64,000 nucleotides of DNA from Octopus vulgaris. Lineage: Eukaryota. A model generated the notes under the pieces. The model made no database searches, had not been told where the DNA came from, and saw only the letters and a list, made by a program, of their open reading frames with translations. Position 1 is the stretch's first letter. Each line of letters opens with the position of its first letter. The DNA lies in the NCBI GenBank assembly GCA_951406725.2, contig OX597816.1:53754001-53818000 (forward strand). The letters run 5' to 3'. Position numbers and translations under genes: made by a program. Below are positions 35,771-49,569 of this stretch, piece after piece.

Positions 35771-37214
35771 GATTGTTAGCCTTCTCACCTAAAATAATGC
35801 ATGGCATATTGTAATCAGCAATGTATAACAACATCTGATAATCTGGCCAATCATATAATATATATATGTCCCTACTATTCTGTAATATCTTTGTTTCCAC
35901 TATTATGTTTAACCGTATGCCGACCCTGTTCTTTAATATATCTCTCTGTGTGTCCCCTATAACATAGCTGCGTCTCCAGTAAATTGACTCTGGGTCATTA
36001 GTTAAGTGAGTGTGGTGTTTTCAGATCTTTATTGAAGCAACTATGATGATAGATGTCTTGTTCCACTTGCTTCACTGATGATGTAAACTACGATATAATC
36101 CTGGTAAATAGAACCTCACTGAACTCTATGGCCAACTTCATGGGAGGATCTAAATCAGAACTAGTTTCCTACTTCATACTTCTCACTAGTGCATTCCTCT
36201 ACATCTACATGGTTGCCAGATCAGCTAGGGACATCAGTCAACTCTCCCTCAAATCATGCTGTACCATCTTAAAAAAAGGAACACTGGTATTGTAAAAAAG
36301 CATGATGGTAGTGGCTGGAATGTCTTTGTCCCATAACATCACACCCTAGCTTCTGAATCTAAACTCAACAATAATTTACATATTTGTATTTCATTGACTG
36401 CAACTTAGAGTTGAAACCTCTAACTATTGAAGTATTTAAAGTAAATATCTGTTTTCACCAAATGAGGCCTAATGAAGACCCCTGGAAGGGAATTATGGTA
36501 TTGTCAGAAATGTATGTAAGCAGTTTCAGATGTTTAGTCATTAGTGATATGCTAATACTACTACTAATAATAATAATAATAAATCCCCTGATGCAATACC
36601 AGGCACTGGCTCTCATGACTTCTGATCTTCACTGATTGGAAGTGTTATCATGTACACTGTTTTGTTATGGTATAAAAGTTGGGCTGCAACAAATATTCTG
36701 CTCAATACCACAGATTTGCTTGTCAGTTGAGCATGTCCCTTAGTGGCTGACAATATGTGCATCTCTGATCATGAGCAGAAGTAGTGGGGGAGCGTCATCT
36801 GTTGACAGTTTTTTTTTTTTTTGTGCGTGTGTGAGGGGAGGTGAATAATTCACCTCAGGAAACATGGGTGTTTTATTAATCATCCTTAAAACAAACCTTA
36901 TTCAGGGACCTTTTGAGCAGGATGGGCTACATGACCTGAAGAAAATTCTAACTGGGCCCCACCTGCAAGGTCATGTGCTATTTATCTTGATATGAGATCA
37001 CCATGTCGCACCTAGTGTACCCTTATCAGACAGGTAGCCATGATGGGTATATTGGGCTTTGTATGTCTGTATCCCAGTGTCACTTTGAGGGCATGCACTG
37101 CTCTCTCACTCAAAAATAATAATATTAATCCATTTTTTATTGGCTGTCCAGGCCACAGAAATATTTAGGACACTACAAAGAACAGTGGAGAGTTACATAG
37201 AAACATGTAAGCAA

Positions 37215-39970
37215 TAAAATGATAACAATTTTAAAAAAAATTTTAATGAACAAAATCCCTTATAGGGAGCGAAATTCCACTCTGTGGAAATCAAGGAACT
37301 GCACAGATCCTAAGCCACCCTACTCACCAGAAGTACTATGGCAATTGCTCCTCTCTCCTCCATTCTCCTCAGCTGACAGGCATCAGCTTAAAGTAGGGCC
37401 ATCCCCACTACATTCACCTCACGTCATCTCACTCCTTGCAAAAAATTTACTAGGTGGCAGTAAATCTCTTTCAACACTCACCTTCGTTCTCAAATGGAAT
37501 TTTAAAAAGCTAGTGTGGTTTTGGCCAAAGAGAAAAGTGTCTGTCTTCAGCCCTTTCAATCTCATGTATCATATAACCTCTTTCACCATAACTACCAGAC
37601 AGAGTAAAACTGCCTGATCTCCTCAACTGAAGGAAGAAAGCTGGGCAATATTTATGATGGAGTCAGCTGATAGCCAGATCCATCTTATATGTGATAGCTG
37701 TTCGACATAACTTCACAAGTCACAGAAGTGGCTGTGTGGTAAGTAGCTTGCTTACCAACCACATGGTTCCAGATTCAGTCCCACTGCATGGCACCTTGGG
37801 CAAGTGTCTTCTACTACAGCCTCGAGCTGACCAAAGCCTTGTGAGTGGATTTGGTTGACAGAAACTGAAAGCAGCCCGTCGTATATATATGTATATATGT
37901 GTGTGTGTTTGTATGTCTGTGTTTGTCCCCCCAACATCGCTTGACAACCGATGCTGGTGTGTTTAGGTCCCCGTAACTTAGCGGTTCGGCAAAAAGAGAC
38001 CGATAGAATAAGTACTAGGCTTACAAAGAATAAGTCCTGGGGTCGATTTGCTTGACTAAAGGCGGTACTCCAGCATGGCCACATTCAAATGACTGAAACA
38101 AGTAAAGAGTAAGTCAGCAATGGCCAAGCACTATATGAACATGTGCAGGACAGTTTCATTGCTCCACATGCATCAAGCACAACACTGTTGATGGTACTAC
38201 CATACCTGTAGAGTTTATTCTAAACCCTTCTCTATAGCACTGCCAGGCCAGAGATTTTCATCAACACCAAAAGTTTTCCCCAAAACATTGTCACTATTGC
38301 CTACCACTAATCTTCTATAAAAAAAAAACCATGGTGGAACATCCACTGAATGCACTGCCTGACTGGCAGAAGGCTGTGAGCACCTGACAATATTCAAGGT
38401 GCCAGGCACTCTCTTTCAGTCTATGCTTGATACAGGACTGCATCTCTGTCAAAGAGACAAGCTGTGGAAAAGCCTGTCTAACAAATGGTGACCACACTTG
38501 CTTACCGATGAAGAAAAGCTGCAGATGATTCAGCCTCAACATGTCTGTGCCCAGTCTTCCACACAGCAGGTACTGGCAGCAATTGGACCATTTGACCAGC
38601 TTAATATATCCCTCGTCACAAAAAGCAAGAAAACAAATGCTCCATTCTGGTCAGCTATGAAGCTACTACAGCACAGTCAGGCTGTAGTAGATGCCAGATG
38701 CAACCTCTGCCTGACTCTTCAGGATAGTTTCCTTTCATTCTATTTCTAGATGAGACTAAGCACTCTTCTCATCACCTCTTCCCAATTCTTGTTCACCTGG
38801 AAGTCTGAACCAAGCTAAACACCAAGCAATTTAACCAGTTTAACGCCCAACATCACAATTAAACAGGGCAAACCTGCCTCTCCAGCTACTAAACTGCAAG
38901 CCCAGTGACTTCTGGTTAATTTTTGCCCCTGTCACTTTTTCTTTAGAGTAGTGCCAATCACTTCAATGTGTTTGGTGTCCAGCTCCATTTCAGTAACATT
39001 GTCTATATATGCAAACATAGATCTTCTGCATTCTTGGTTTCACGAGATATCCATCAAAACCTCCAACTTCAGTAGTTGTGGCTTTAGAGTCAGTGTCTAC
39101 AGAAGGATGATACTGAACAATTCCAGCATGTAACCATTTACTTTGGCCTATGAACAAATAGTGTACATTGTAGTGATCCAGCCTCAGCCTCTGAAGATGG
39201 GACCAAAACCAGCCACAATATATTGAAGGTCGACCCTGTCAAAAGTTTTTCACTGACTTAAATTGATCAAAGTAACTGCCCATCTCAGATTCTTTACCCA
39301 CATTCTCTGATATATCATGTAAGTGGAGGTTGTCTGAGATATCTCTGTCTGGTATGACAGAGTATCAACGGCAAGCACCAACCTGTAAGTTAACGTCTTT
39401 GTCAAAATCTTCAACTCTGCATTTAGCAGTGTTATGGGCCTGAAATTGTTAAGACAGTCCCTCTTGTTTTGGTTCTTTCTCAGCAGCACCATTACACCTC
39501 TTTTCACAGGATTGGGAATTCTCCCATTCTGTTGCCAGTTACAGTAGACAAACGCCAAGAGGCCCTTAAGTCTGGCATATAACAATAAAGCTCATAGGAC
39601 AGACCATCCAGCTTTGGCAACTTCTCCATCATGCAGCCCATCATTGCTTCCTGCTGTTATCAGCTTTTTTCAGGACTCCACATATCTAGTCAAGAACCAT
39701 GGCCTACTGTTAACACTTGAGTAAAATGCCACTGGAAGCTGCACATATTTTCCTAGAATCAAGTAGCACATGCCTCCTGTGATGCATCAAAGACCAAATT
39801 GTGGCTTTGTTTATCACATTGCACCTTGCCATTCAGGCCCAACAAACAACTTTCCTTTCCTAGAGCATGCACCTAAGCTTTGACAATGCAACCTTCATGC
39901 TTGGCATTGAAGGATCAGTGAAGGGCCAATCTCATCACCAGTATGTCAATTGCAAAGCCTTTTCTTAGTG
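37215..39970 (-). mobile_element. highly degenerate L1/Tx1-clade LINE (same group as 45060-48810)
   Basis: Translates WQQNGRIP...FRPITLLNAELKIL (39250-39585) and LRLNHL...QVWSPFVRQ (38315-38542). Confidence 0.8.
37725..38112 (+). mobile_element. tRNA-derived SINE (family A) nested in the L1/Tx1 remnant
   Basis: Full head, body and tail; aagtca is repeated on both sides. Confidence 0.9.
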
Positions 39971-41520
39971 CCTGTTTGTAGATATTACACTTATGTTATT
40001 AATATCCTTAGAAGAACCATGAACATCACAACATGTTATTACTCAATAACTCTGATCTATTTTGTGAGGTTTTGACACCATTTTCATTATTATCATTAAA
40101 ATAGTAGACTCGCTCCAGATGGCTACTTCTGGTCTTCACTGATTATTTCTAGTTTGAAATCTTTTACTCCTAATTTCAGTTGATTTTGTACACACACACC
40201 TCCAGAAGGCTGCTGATGTAATTAGTAATTTGGGTTAAATCTATGGATTCCAGTACCCTCATCACCTGTTTATGTCTTAAAACATTGTTGGACATTATAA
40301 TCTTTAATAAGTATCATCTCATCTTCACTTTCAGCATTACTATCATCATCAACATCACCTCTGTTATTATTGAATAACCTGTTGTAATAGCTACCAAATC
40401 TCTCAAATTCTGCAAGGCCATCTTAATAAGAAAAGGTAAAACATGGATAACATTGTCCTTGATGCAGCATGTCTGACTTGAGACCGAACAACAACATTTA
40501 AAAATCTTTGTTATCATTCTCTCACATTTCTTTACTGTTATCATCACCATCGCCTTTATTATCATCATCATCACCATCACTATTTTGCTTATATTGATAT
40601 CTGGAAAAACGTTTAAATCATCTACATCGGAATTAAGCCTGTCTATCTTTGCTAAAGAATTCACTTGGCATTAAATAATGTTTGATCTCTACCACAGACC
40701 AGCAAACACTCCATTAGTTTCATGCTGCACTTTTTCTGGAAATATATGACGAGAAGCCAAAGCCAGTACAGCCTTCACCTATATATTGTTGGTGAACCTT
40801 CTAATAAATCCTGTTAACACTGAACAAGTCTTTGACCTGAAAATCAAACAGTAAAATATTTGGTATATTTCTGTTCCATTTTTTAATGGAGTCCTGTTAG
40901 ATGAAGGGGTGTCTTTAGATTTAAACTGTTTTTTACTAATAAATCCAGTTTATAGTATACAAGCCTGCCATTCTATCATCAAAACTGTCATTCTGTTGTT
41001 TTCCTATATTTATTTATTGGTTTATATCAAAAAATGTTTTCAACCTCCCCCACCCCACCCATCTCACTCACACCTTGTTTTTAAACTGTGAACTTTTGTT
41101 CAATTTTATTCTAATATGTAATTAACTATTATAATAAACTTTTACAATTTCACTCCTTGGATTTAATTCATTTATCAAATGGTTGTCCATAGTATTCCCA
41201 ATAAACACAAAAATAAAAATGAATTTTAAAAATTAATAATTATTTAAAGATTTTTCTAATGCTATTTCTATTTCTGAAATTTTTTTTTTCTTATCTTATA
41301 GTGGAGGGAGAAGATAGTGCCCAGGATCTTTTGCAGGGCTTCTGAGGTTAGTGGAAAGGAGAGAGAATAAGGAAAATATCCTCAAAGCAGACACTTGACT
41401 CAAATGATTGAAACAGAGTGAACTCTACCAAAGGCACTCAGTCTCTCCGGTCATCATCATCATTATCTTTTAACGTCCTTCTCCCATACCGGCATAGGTT
41501 GGATGGTTTGACAGGATCCA

Positions 41521-41745
41521 TAAGGCGGCGAGCTGGCAGAATCGTTAGCATGCCAGGGCGAAATGCGTAGCCGTATTTCATCTGCCGTTACGTTCTGAGT
41601 TCAAATTCCACCGAGATCAACTTTGCCTTTCATCCTTTCGGGGTCGATAAATTAAGTACCAGTTATGCACTGGGGTCGATGTAATCGACTTAATCCGTTT
41701 GTTTGTCCCCTCTGTGTTTAGCTCCTTGTGGGTAGTAAAGAAATA
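41521..41745 (+). mobile_element. SINE family C with 16-bp target-site duplication
   Basis: TSD ggtttgacaggatcca (41505-41520) / ggtttaacaggatcca (41746-41761). It is inserted in an old RTE 3'-end fragment. Confidence 0.88.
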
Positions 41746-42765
41746 GGTTTAACAGGATCCAATAGGTTCAAGGACTACATCCTGTTCCAGTGTCAGCTTT
41801 GTCATGGTTTCTATAGCTGGATTCCTTTCAGAATGCCAACCATTTTACAGTATGTGCTGAATGCTGTTTTCACGCCACTGGCACAAGTGAAGTCTACAAA
41901 CCCCAAAGAAGGTGGCTTTACACTAGAAAATGAGGAGTTACAGTCTAAGAGAAGGTGCCTGAACAAAACAGGTTTGCTGCTGTAAAAAAGCTATGCAGTT
42001 ACTAACATTATAAGGGAGAGCATGGTGATATTTGGGGTGAGCCAGGAAGATGTGATGAGGTGTCTGGCTGGAACCTCAGGGTCCAAGTTGAAATGAGTGA
42101 GAACAGACTGGAACTAGGCGTATGGATGAGTAGAGGCTGTAACTGGGAGAAGGAATAGATAGGAAATAGGTAAGGAGAGAAGCATTATTTTACCTTTTTG
42201 AAAGGTGAGGTTGCTGCATTAAATAAAACAGCAACAACTTGAAGCAACATTATGTTTTCAGTAGGGTATGATGACTTAAATTTATTGATTTAAACATAGG
42301 AAAAAATAAGTGTTCAAAAAAGTATTAAGAAACCTGCCAGTTTGAAAGAAGAAAACCACTGATGAATACAAGCAATGTCATCTCTAAAAATGTAGAAATT
42401 TGTGCAGAAATTTACAATGTGTGAAAGTTTTGTCTTTCTTTGCAAAGAATGTTTGCATCCATGCAAATAGCTACCTCTCAAATTGCTTCAATTATAAAAA
42501 GGTCCTATTTCATCTCAAAAACTTGCTTGTAAATTTTTTCCTTTCCTACTTATAGAATGTGTCTGTGTGTATGTGCATAAATACACAGCTTAAAGAGAAC
42601 ACTGGGTATGCAGAAGTATTTCATTCCTCTACTTTGCCATCAGAGGATGGTGGGTGGCTTATATCACCTGATGCTTCCCAACTTCAGCTTCACAGACCTT
42701 AGCAAACCTTTAGTTCCTAAAACCCATTCCCATCATTGTTGCACAAAATTTAAAACTTACTTTAG

Positions 42766-43320
42766 CCCTTTAGTATTCACATTACTCTGTCAGAAATGAT
42801 TATTTATTTCTCATTATTTTGTATTAATCATGCATTATGTTATAGCATTGAGATTTTAAAGAGGTAATGTAATTTTTAGAATGATATTGTAGGGTTAGTG
42901 TGAGAAGCCAGATCTGGTCAGTTTGATAATAAAGCAGGTAGAAAATTTTTGGCCAGTTATCATTATCTCATCATCATCTTCATTTAGCGTCTGCTTTCCA
43001 TGCACCTAAGAGCATGCACCTAACTGGGTTCAACTGGGGTCTGGGAAGCCAGGAGGCTGCACCAGGCCCAGTCTGATCTGGCAATGTTTCTACGGCTGGA
43101 TGCCCTTCCTAACGCCAACCACTCCGTGAGTGTAGTGGGTGCTTTTTACGTGCCAGACAAGGCTGGCAAACGGCCACAATCAGATGGTGCTTTTTACGTT
43201 CCACCGGCACGGGGGCCAGGCGAGGCTGGCAACGTCCACAATTGGATGGTGCTTTTTACGTGCCACCGGCACAAGGCCAGTCAGGGCCAGTAGCATGTGG
43301 CCGGTTTAAATACTAAAGGG
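42766..43320. mobile_element. piggyBac-like MITE containing an RTE 3'-end insertion (~42965-43290)
   Basis: 12-bp TIR CCCTTTAGTATT / AATACTAAAGGG, with TTAG on the left and TTAA on the right. Confidence 0.75.
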
Positions 43321-45059
43321 TTAAACTGCTTTACTTGTCTTCCATTTATGTCCATATAATGTAAGTATCTGAAATTGTGGTCACGTGCCTGTGTTTTCAC
43401 GAAGAATTGTAGAAGAATGTGAGTATTATGTGTATACGCTGTAGGTATTTTATGGGGTTAAGGCAAGATGAGCTTAGGTTATAAAAGGTATATTACAGAA
43501 TGAATCCTTGTGGTACTTAGACTTAATGACTTGACTGGTAGTTTACCAGTCAGAATTTTGTTTGTGTGTAGATGGCTTGTTGATGCTGTTGATAAAATGG
43601 TGCACTTGTTGGGGTGTCTTTTATTATTCCAGCTGTTGTTTTTATGAGTAGTGTAGGCTTAAAAAAGGAAAGTACTGCATCAGTTGGTTCTCTGTTTTGT
43701 AGTTTAGAAGAGCAGAGACCATTGTAGTAGTGGTAGTAGCATTTACAAGAGCGATATAGCATGTCAGTGTACTGAGTGTTAATAATGAATGACAATTTAC
43801 CAATCAGTCAGACTATTATTGTTAGCAATCTATAATTGTGTGTAGCAATTGTTGCGCTTTGGATATGTAAACAAACCACACCTGTGTTTTATATTTCACC
43901 AGTTCACAGCTGAATTAATTATTCTAGAATAAGCATCATCCATAATTTGTTTTTGAAATAATATGAATAGCACACTTCCTGACTGTCCAAGATAAACATT
44001 TTCCTATGTCTGACCATTGGAATGTCTTAATTGCCTTCACTTCCTCATGACTATTTGCTATTAATGACATCATCTGTTGCACTCACACCCCATTTTTAAA
44101 ATTATCGTTTAAATGATTTTATCAAAAGAAAGGTTGTAACATCCATGACCATTTCTAGGACCTCTAGACTGGGGGTGGGAAGTTACCTACAAACTAGAGA
44201 ACCAGTTGAAATGCTTACAATATTGTAGATACTACTCAAGGTTCCCAAAGATGAGAGTGGAGTTGGATGTAATGTTAAACAAGGCAGCTCATTAAATCTA
44301 GCTCCTTAGAACAGGAGATATGTCAGATAGGCTTCCTTGCAGTTTCCATTTATCAAATTTCACTTACAACAATGCAATACTATGACTATCACACCTGCAC
44401 ACATGGTTACTAAATCTCAGCCTGTTTCCCATCCTAAGCGAGATTACTTTCAAAATGCTTGAATTTCCTTGAAGAGTCCCAAGTAATAAAAACTGCATTT
44501 GTGGCCATTCTTACTAGAAATGTGTGTGTGTTATGAAGCAAACAGCTCAGACAAGTAGTCACTACTTGGACCATAAAATAGGTTTAGAGAATGGCTTAAA
44601 TCTAGTTGCTTCACCAGATTATTGGTACCTATCCAAAGTACTAGGTACTTAATGTCCCTAGCAATAAAAGTGTTTTAATCTTTATTCACAAGTGGTTGAT
44701 CAAAACCATCTTCCTTGTCATGTCCAGTTCTGTCCCTCACACAACCAAAGTCTTTAACCTCAAAACTCCCAGTTGTTTACTTCAGTTACAACACTTGAAA
44801 GAGACTGCTCTTCACCACTTCTAACTAGGACCCTTTTACCCTGACTGTAATATGATCAACAAAACAAGCCAAAGATGCCTTGTTATATCACTCAGTGTCT
44901 TAGTTCTCCTGCTTTCCAACTTATAACAACTGCTTTTCATCCCATTTTTTTATTAAAATTTTCCTGTCTGACACTCATAAGCCTAATTGCTCTGTAAGCA
45001 ATATTCACACTGAAAAATATATTTCCATTTGCTTCTCACCTCACCTCCAACTCTGTTTA

Positions 45060-48000
45060 CTTCCCACACTCAATACATGTCAGAGATACCAAGCTTTGGG
45101 TTATGGTCAAAGGGAGTAAGCCTTGACACTACATGTGTGGCCAAAAAGGCCACATTAGATCTGAGTGCCAGCATTCCCCCAAGAAATCGATGGTGCCCCC
45201 ACCTCCCAAGACACCAACAGAGAAAGCAGAAACAGAGGAGAGCCAGGGGGAGGAATGGAAAGTAAAACCTTCTAGAAAAGAAAAAAAGAAAATTGATAGC
45301 CCAACCCAACCCTACTAGCCCCACAGCCAAAACAAAAAAAAAACAACAAAACACACAAGTAATCCAAACTCTCCAACCCAAGCTATATCCCCACCCAACT
45401 GGAAATGAATTTAACAGCAGTAAACACTGATAACAAGATACTATTACATAAACTAAAAGAAACTCTAACAGTGGAGATGAGGGAAAAGTATGGAGAAAAA
45501 ATACCAGAAAACATTGCTATTTACAAAATTGATATACAACACTATAATATGCTGCAAAGTCAGTTTAAAAAAGACATAGGCCCTCTTAGGATGGATTTTT
45601 CTCCATTAATCTATGAGGGTCTTGTTAATAATACCTTGCAAGCCCCAAAAGAAGTGGACAAAGATGGTTTTACCATACCATCTCCACCATGAAGTAAGTA
45701 AACATTTTTATGGATGCACTCAATGTAGGGTGCATAAATGTGCATGGCCTGGGGTCACATTGGAAACAAGGTCATTTCCTTAATGACCTCAGGTCGCATA
45801 GTATGGATATAGTAGTTGCAATAGAATCCAAACTTAGTGGTCAGAGGAACTTCTCCCCCCTCCTAAACAGCTATGAGAAATTTATTTTTCCATGCCTACC
45901 TGGAGGAGGGAGGGGTGCTGCTGTTCTGCTCAGGAAAAACCTGGATTTAGAGACAGAATCAATTTTTATTGACCCAGTGATAAGTCCTTCAGGCTGGTAG
46001 CTGTCTATGCTCCCTCCAGAGCTGGACAGTCTGACTTTTAATAGAAGCCTAGAGAATTTTCTAGGTATGTCACACACTGTAGTGATGTTAGGTGACTTTA
46101 ACACAATTTGTGACACACGAGTAGATTGTGTTGGCTCACATTCAAGAGGGGAAACCTATGCCTCAAAAATCTGCGAGGTCAGTTTCAGCTGGCAGATTGG
46201 TATATATTAGATTTCCTGGATGCTCCATTGTGGACATGGAGTAATAGTGATGGGTCTTCTATATCTTATATAGACAGGATTATAATTAGGTGGAAAGATA
46301 AAAACCTAGTTAAGAGTCCACAATTCTACCTACAGTGATCACAAATTTGTAACCTATAGGCTTGACTTGGATAGGTTATGTAGACAGGAACTCAGCTACT
46401 GGAAACTTAATAATTCTATTTTGGCTTATGAGGAGTACAGGAGCTGGATTAGGCAGTTAGTGATGAGGGTATTAACCATTATTAACAAGAAATGGTGGTG
46501 TGCCCTCAAAAGAGCCATAAAGTTTGAGTCAATTAGATATAGCAAAGATTTATTGGCTAAGAAAAATAGAATAGAAAGGGCTTTTGTTAAGGCTCTAGAA
46601 GAGGCATTGAGGTCTGGCTCTGCATCCCAAGTTTTAGTTGCGAGATTGGCTCTCAACCAACACTGCCAGGCTAAACACAAGTTTAGTTAGGGTAAAGCAA
46701 TGTGCAATGGGTTGAGAGGGAATCAAAGCTGCTGGATGGGCATATGTGTTAGGGGCTCAATGTGGAAAAAATGCAACAATAAGGTCTATGACAGATCAAC
46801 AAGGGAACTTGGCAAACGAACTCGAGGACATGTGTAAGGTCTTTCAAGAGCATTTCACCCAGCTATTCAGGAGGGGTGGTGAGTCGGAGTGTAGGAGGGA
46901 CCTCATGGACTTACTTAGGTTTGCCGCATTTTTGGGGGGCGGGAAGTGGAATGCCGTGAAGAGCTGATCATAGCTCTGGAGGTGGAGGAGGCTTTGTTGG
47001 ACTGCGTAGGGGACAAGTCACCGGGGCTTGATGGTCTCCCCTACGAGCTATATTACACTATGGCAGACTTGTTTGGGCTAATACTGGCATGTGTCTTCAC
47101 CAACAGGCAGCAGAATGGGTTTATTGCCAAATCTGTGAGCCAAGGGGTGGTGACACTGCTTAGAAAGGGCCCAACCAAGAGGGATTTTGTAGATAATTTC
47201 CTGCCCATCACTCTTCTTAATGCTGAGTTGAAGATTTTGGCCAAGGTATTAGCAAAAAGGTTGGCGTGTGTCGTGGATGGACTTGTCGAGGAGGCACAAA
47301 TAGGTGCCATTCCCAGCAGATCCATACAGGACAATCTCCACCTTATATGCCATACCTTAGAGAGGGTTAATAAGATTCTTGGCAAGGGTGGGGCTTTGGT
47401 CCTTTTAGACCAATCTAAAGCTTTTGATAGGATTGACCATCAGTATCTGGTGTCAGTATGATTTGGCCTGGCCTTCTGTGGGTGGATCATTGCTTTATAT
47501 AGCAACATCAATTCGACCATGTGGGTGAACGGTTTCTTCTCGAAACCATTCTGCATCAAGCGCTCAATACATCAAGGATGTCCTCTCTCCCCCACTTCTG
47601 TATGTGTTGGTTATGGAGTCTTTATTGCGGAAGTTGAAGGGAATGAGGGACGTCCCACGTAATCTAGGTTGTAGAAGGTCAATTATGGCATATGCGGACG
47701 ACTTCACCATCATCATGTCCAAGATGCAACACCTGCAGAGGGTAGGCGAGGCCATTAAGGATTACGAGGAAATGGCAGGAGCAAAAATTAACCATGATAA
47801 GTCAGTCAGCTTGCAACTCGGCACCTGAAGAGGCAAGTCGATACCACCCAACAACGTTACCGGGCGTTGGACTGAAGGTCCAGCTAAAATGTTGGGGGTT
47901 TGGTTCATTCCAGATCTCCAGATAGAAAAAAAATTGGAGCAAGGTGATGAGCAGGGTGGCCTACCTAACTCAGACCTGGTCTGAGCAGTGGCTATCGCTG

Positions 48001-48810
48001 TAAGGGAAGGCGGAGGTCGCAAATGTGTTGATTGCATCTGTGATTACCTATTGTCTAATCGTCGTGCCTTGCCCTGATTCATGGATAAGCATGTTGGAAT
48101 GTCTGCTCTTTCACTTCTTGTGGAAGAATAGCAGTCCTCTTGTAATGTCTCCTGCCATTAGCCACTAAACGGTGGGCTAGGGATGCCTTGGCTGTTGATG
48201 CACAGGCATGCACTGAGGCTGAGGCATCTGTGGCTCTACCTGGATGGTGAACAGGTGTGGTCTCCATTCGTCAAATCGTTACTTCCTAGGTTTACTAGTT
48301 TTAGTGAACTAGTACTGTGGATCAGGCGTAGTCCGAAGTTGGGAGCTTGGCAATCGGAGTACCGTCAGGCACTCTCACTTCTTTCCCACACGGGTAATGC
48401 CAGCAGCAGGGATTCCACCTCACCATTCTATAGAGGGTTGGTAGAGGCCAAGGGTGATAATGACCTGGGGAAGACACTGGGCTTTAATAGTAGTCAACTT
48501 GCCAGCCTGTTCCGAAGGACATTCGTGCCAAGACCTTTGGATGATTTCCAAAAATCTCTGGCTTAGCAATGTTACCGAGGAGGCTTACCAGTTCGCAATA
48601 AACTCGAAAGGCATGGTACTTCCTGTTCGTCCATGTGCCCAAAATGTGAGCAGGACAGGAAAACTGTTTTGCATGCCATTGTGCAGTGCTCGAAAGTTTC
48701 AGAAATGTGGGTTTACGCTGAACAGTTGTGGTCACGTCTAGGAAGAGTACAACTATCTTCCAAGTCAATTTTAAGGATTGTTTATCCTTTCTCTTTGAAC
48801 AAAGAAGATA
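45060..48810 (+). mobile_element. degenerate L1/Tx1-clade LINE (ORF1 knuckle, APE, RT, C-terminal CCHC)
   Basis: Motifs CGQKGHIRSEC, LNVGCINVHGL, LGDFN, SDH, KSPGLDGLPYE, DQSKAFDRIDH, QGCPLSP, YADD and CPKCEQDRKTVLHAIVQC, with many stops and frameshifts. Confidence 0.9.
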
Positions 48811-49569
48811 TAGGTATATCTATAATTGGTGACACGACACAGAACAAGGAGCATGTACCAATATCTATAATTGGTGGCCTGACGTGGAACACGCACCACG
48901 ACCACCATCTGTATTTGTGACCCAGCTTAGAGACACATTCCTTTCCGTAGTTCAGTTCCAGTTTTCATTTTACTTCGATGACCAAACTTCTTTCTAAATT
49001 CATCTCTCTTATCTCCATGCACACATGTCGCAGTTAATCTTACATATATTGTAATGACTGAGTGTTGTCCAAAATCAACTCTCATTATCTCGCATCACAC
49101 AGTCATTTACAAATTGGTGACACCCAAGCTATAAGATCAACAGTCTTCATTTCAAAAGCCATTAGCTCATGTGATTGGCGACGTTCAACTTCATGATTAC
49201 CTCTACATTATCATCTCTATCACATGTGAAAAGCTATGAATTTTTCATCGATCAAATATTCTATTTGGTCAAGGACATGCGGAGCCTATAACGAATGACT
49301 TCCTTGCGGCTGAGGCCTTTGCCGTTTTTCACGCGTAAAACTAGGCAGCTATGTCAATTTGACAACTTTTTAACAGTTTTCTTCATGTTTCACGAGATAT
49401 TACTTCATTCTTACACAGAGTTGCATTTACATTTCCAGTATGTAAAATTTTTGATGCCTTCTTATTCCCAGTTCAGCATTTTTTGTCACCTCCCCACTTC
49501 TCTCGGTCACTTCTGTCGGTATCCTTCAGTGATCTTTGTCCGCAGCTTCAACTTCAATTGCTGGTTACC

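Noticed and set aside
42300-42480. Cys-rich stretch resembling a piggyBac C-terminal zinc ribbon
   Set aside because: It is too degenerate and interrupted by stops to support a call.
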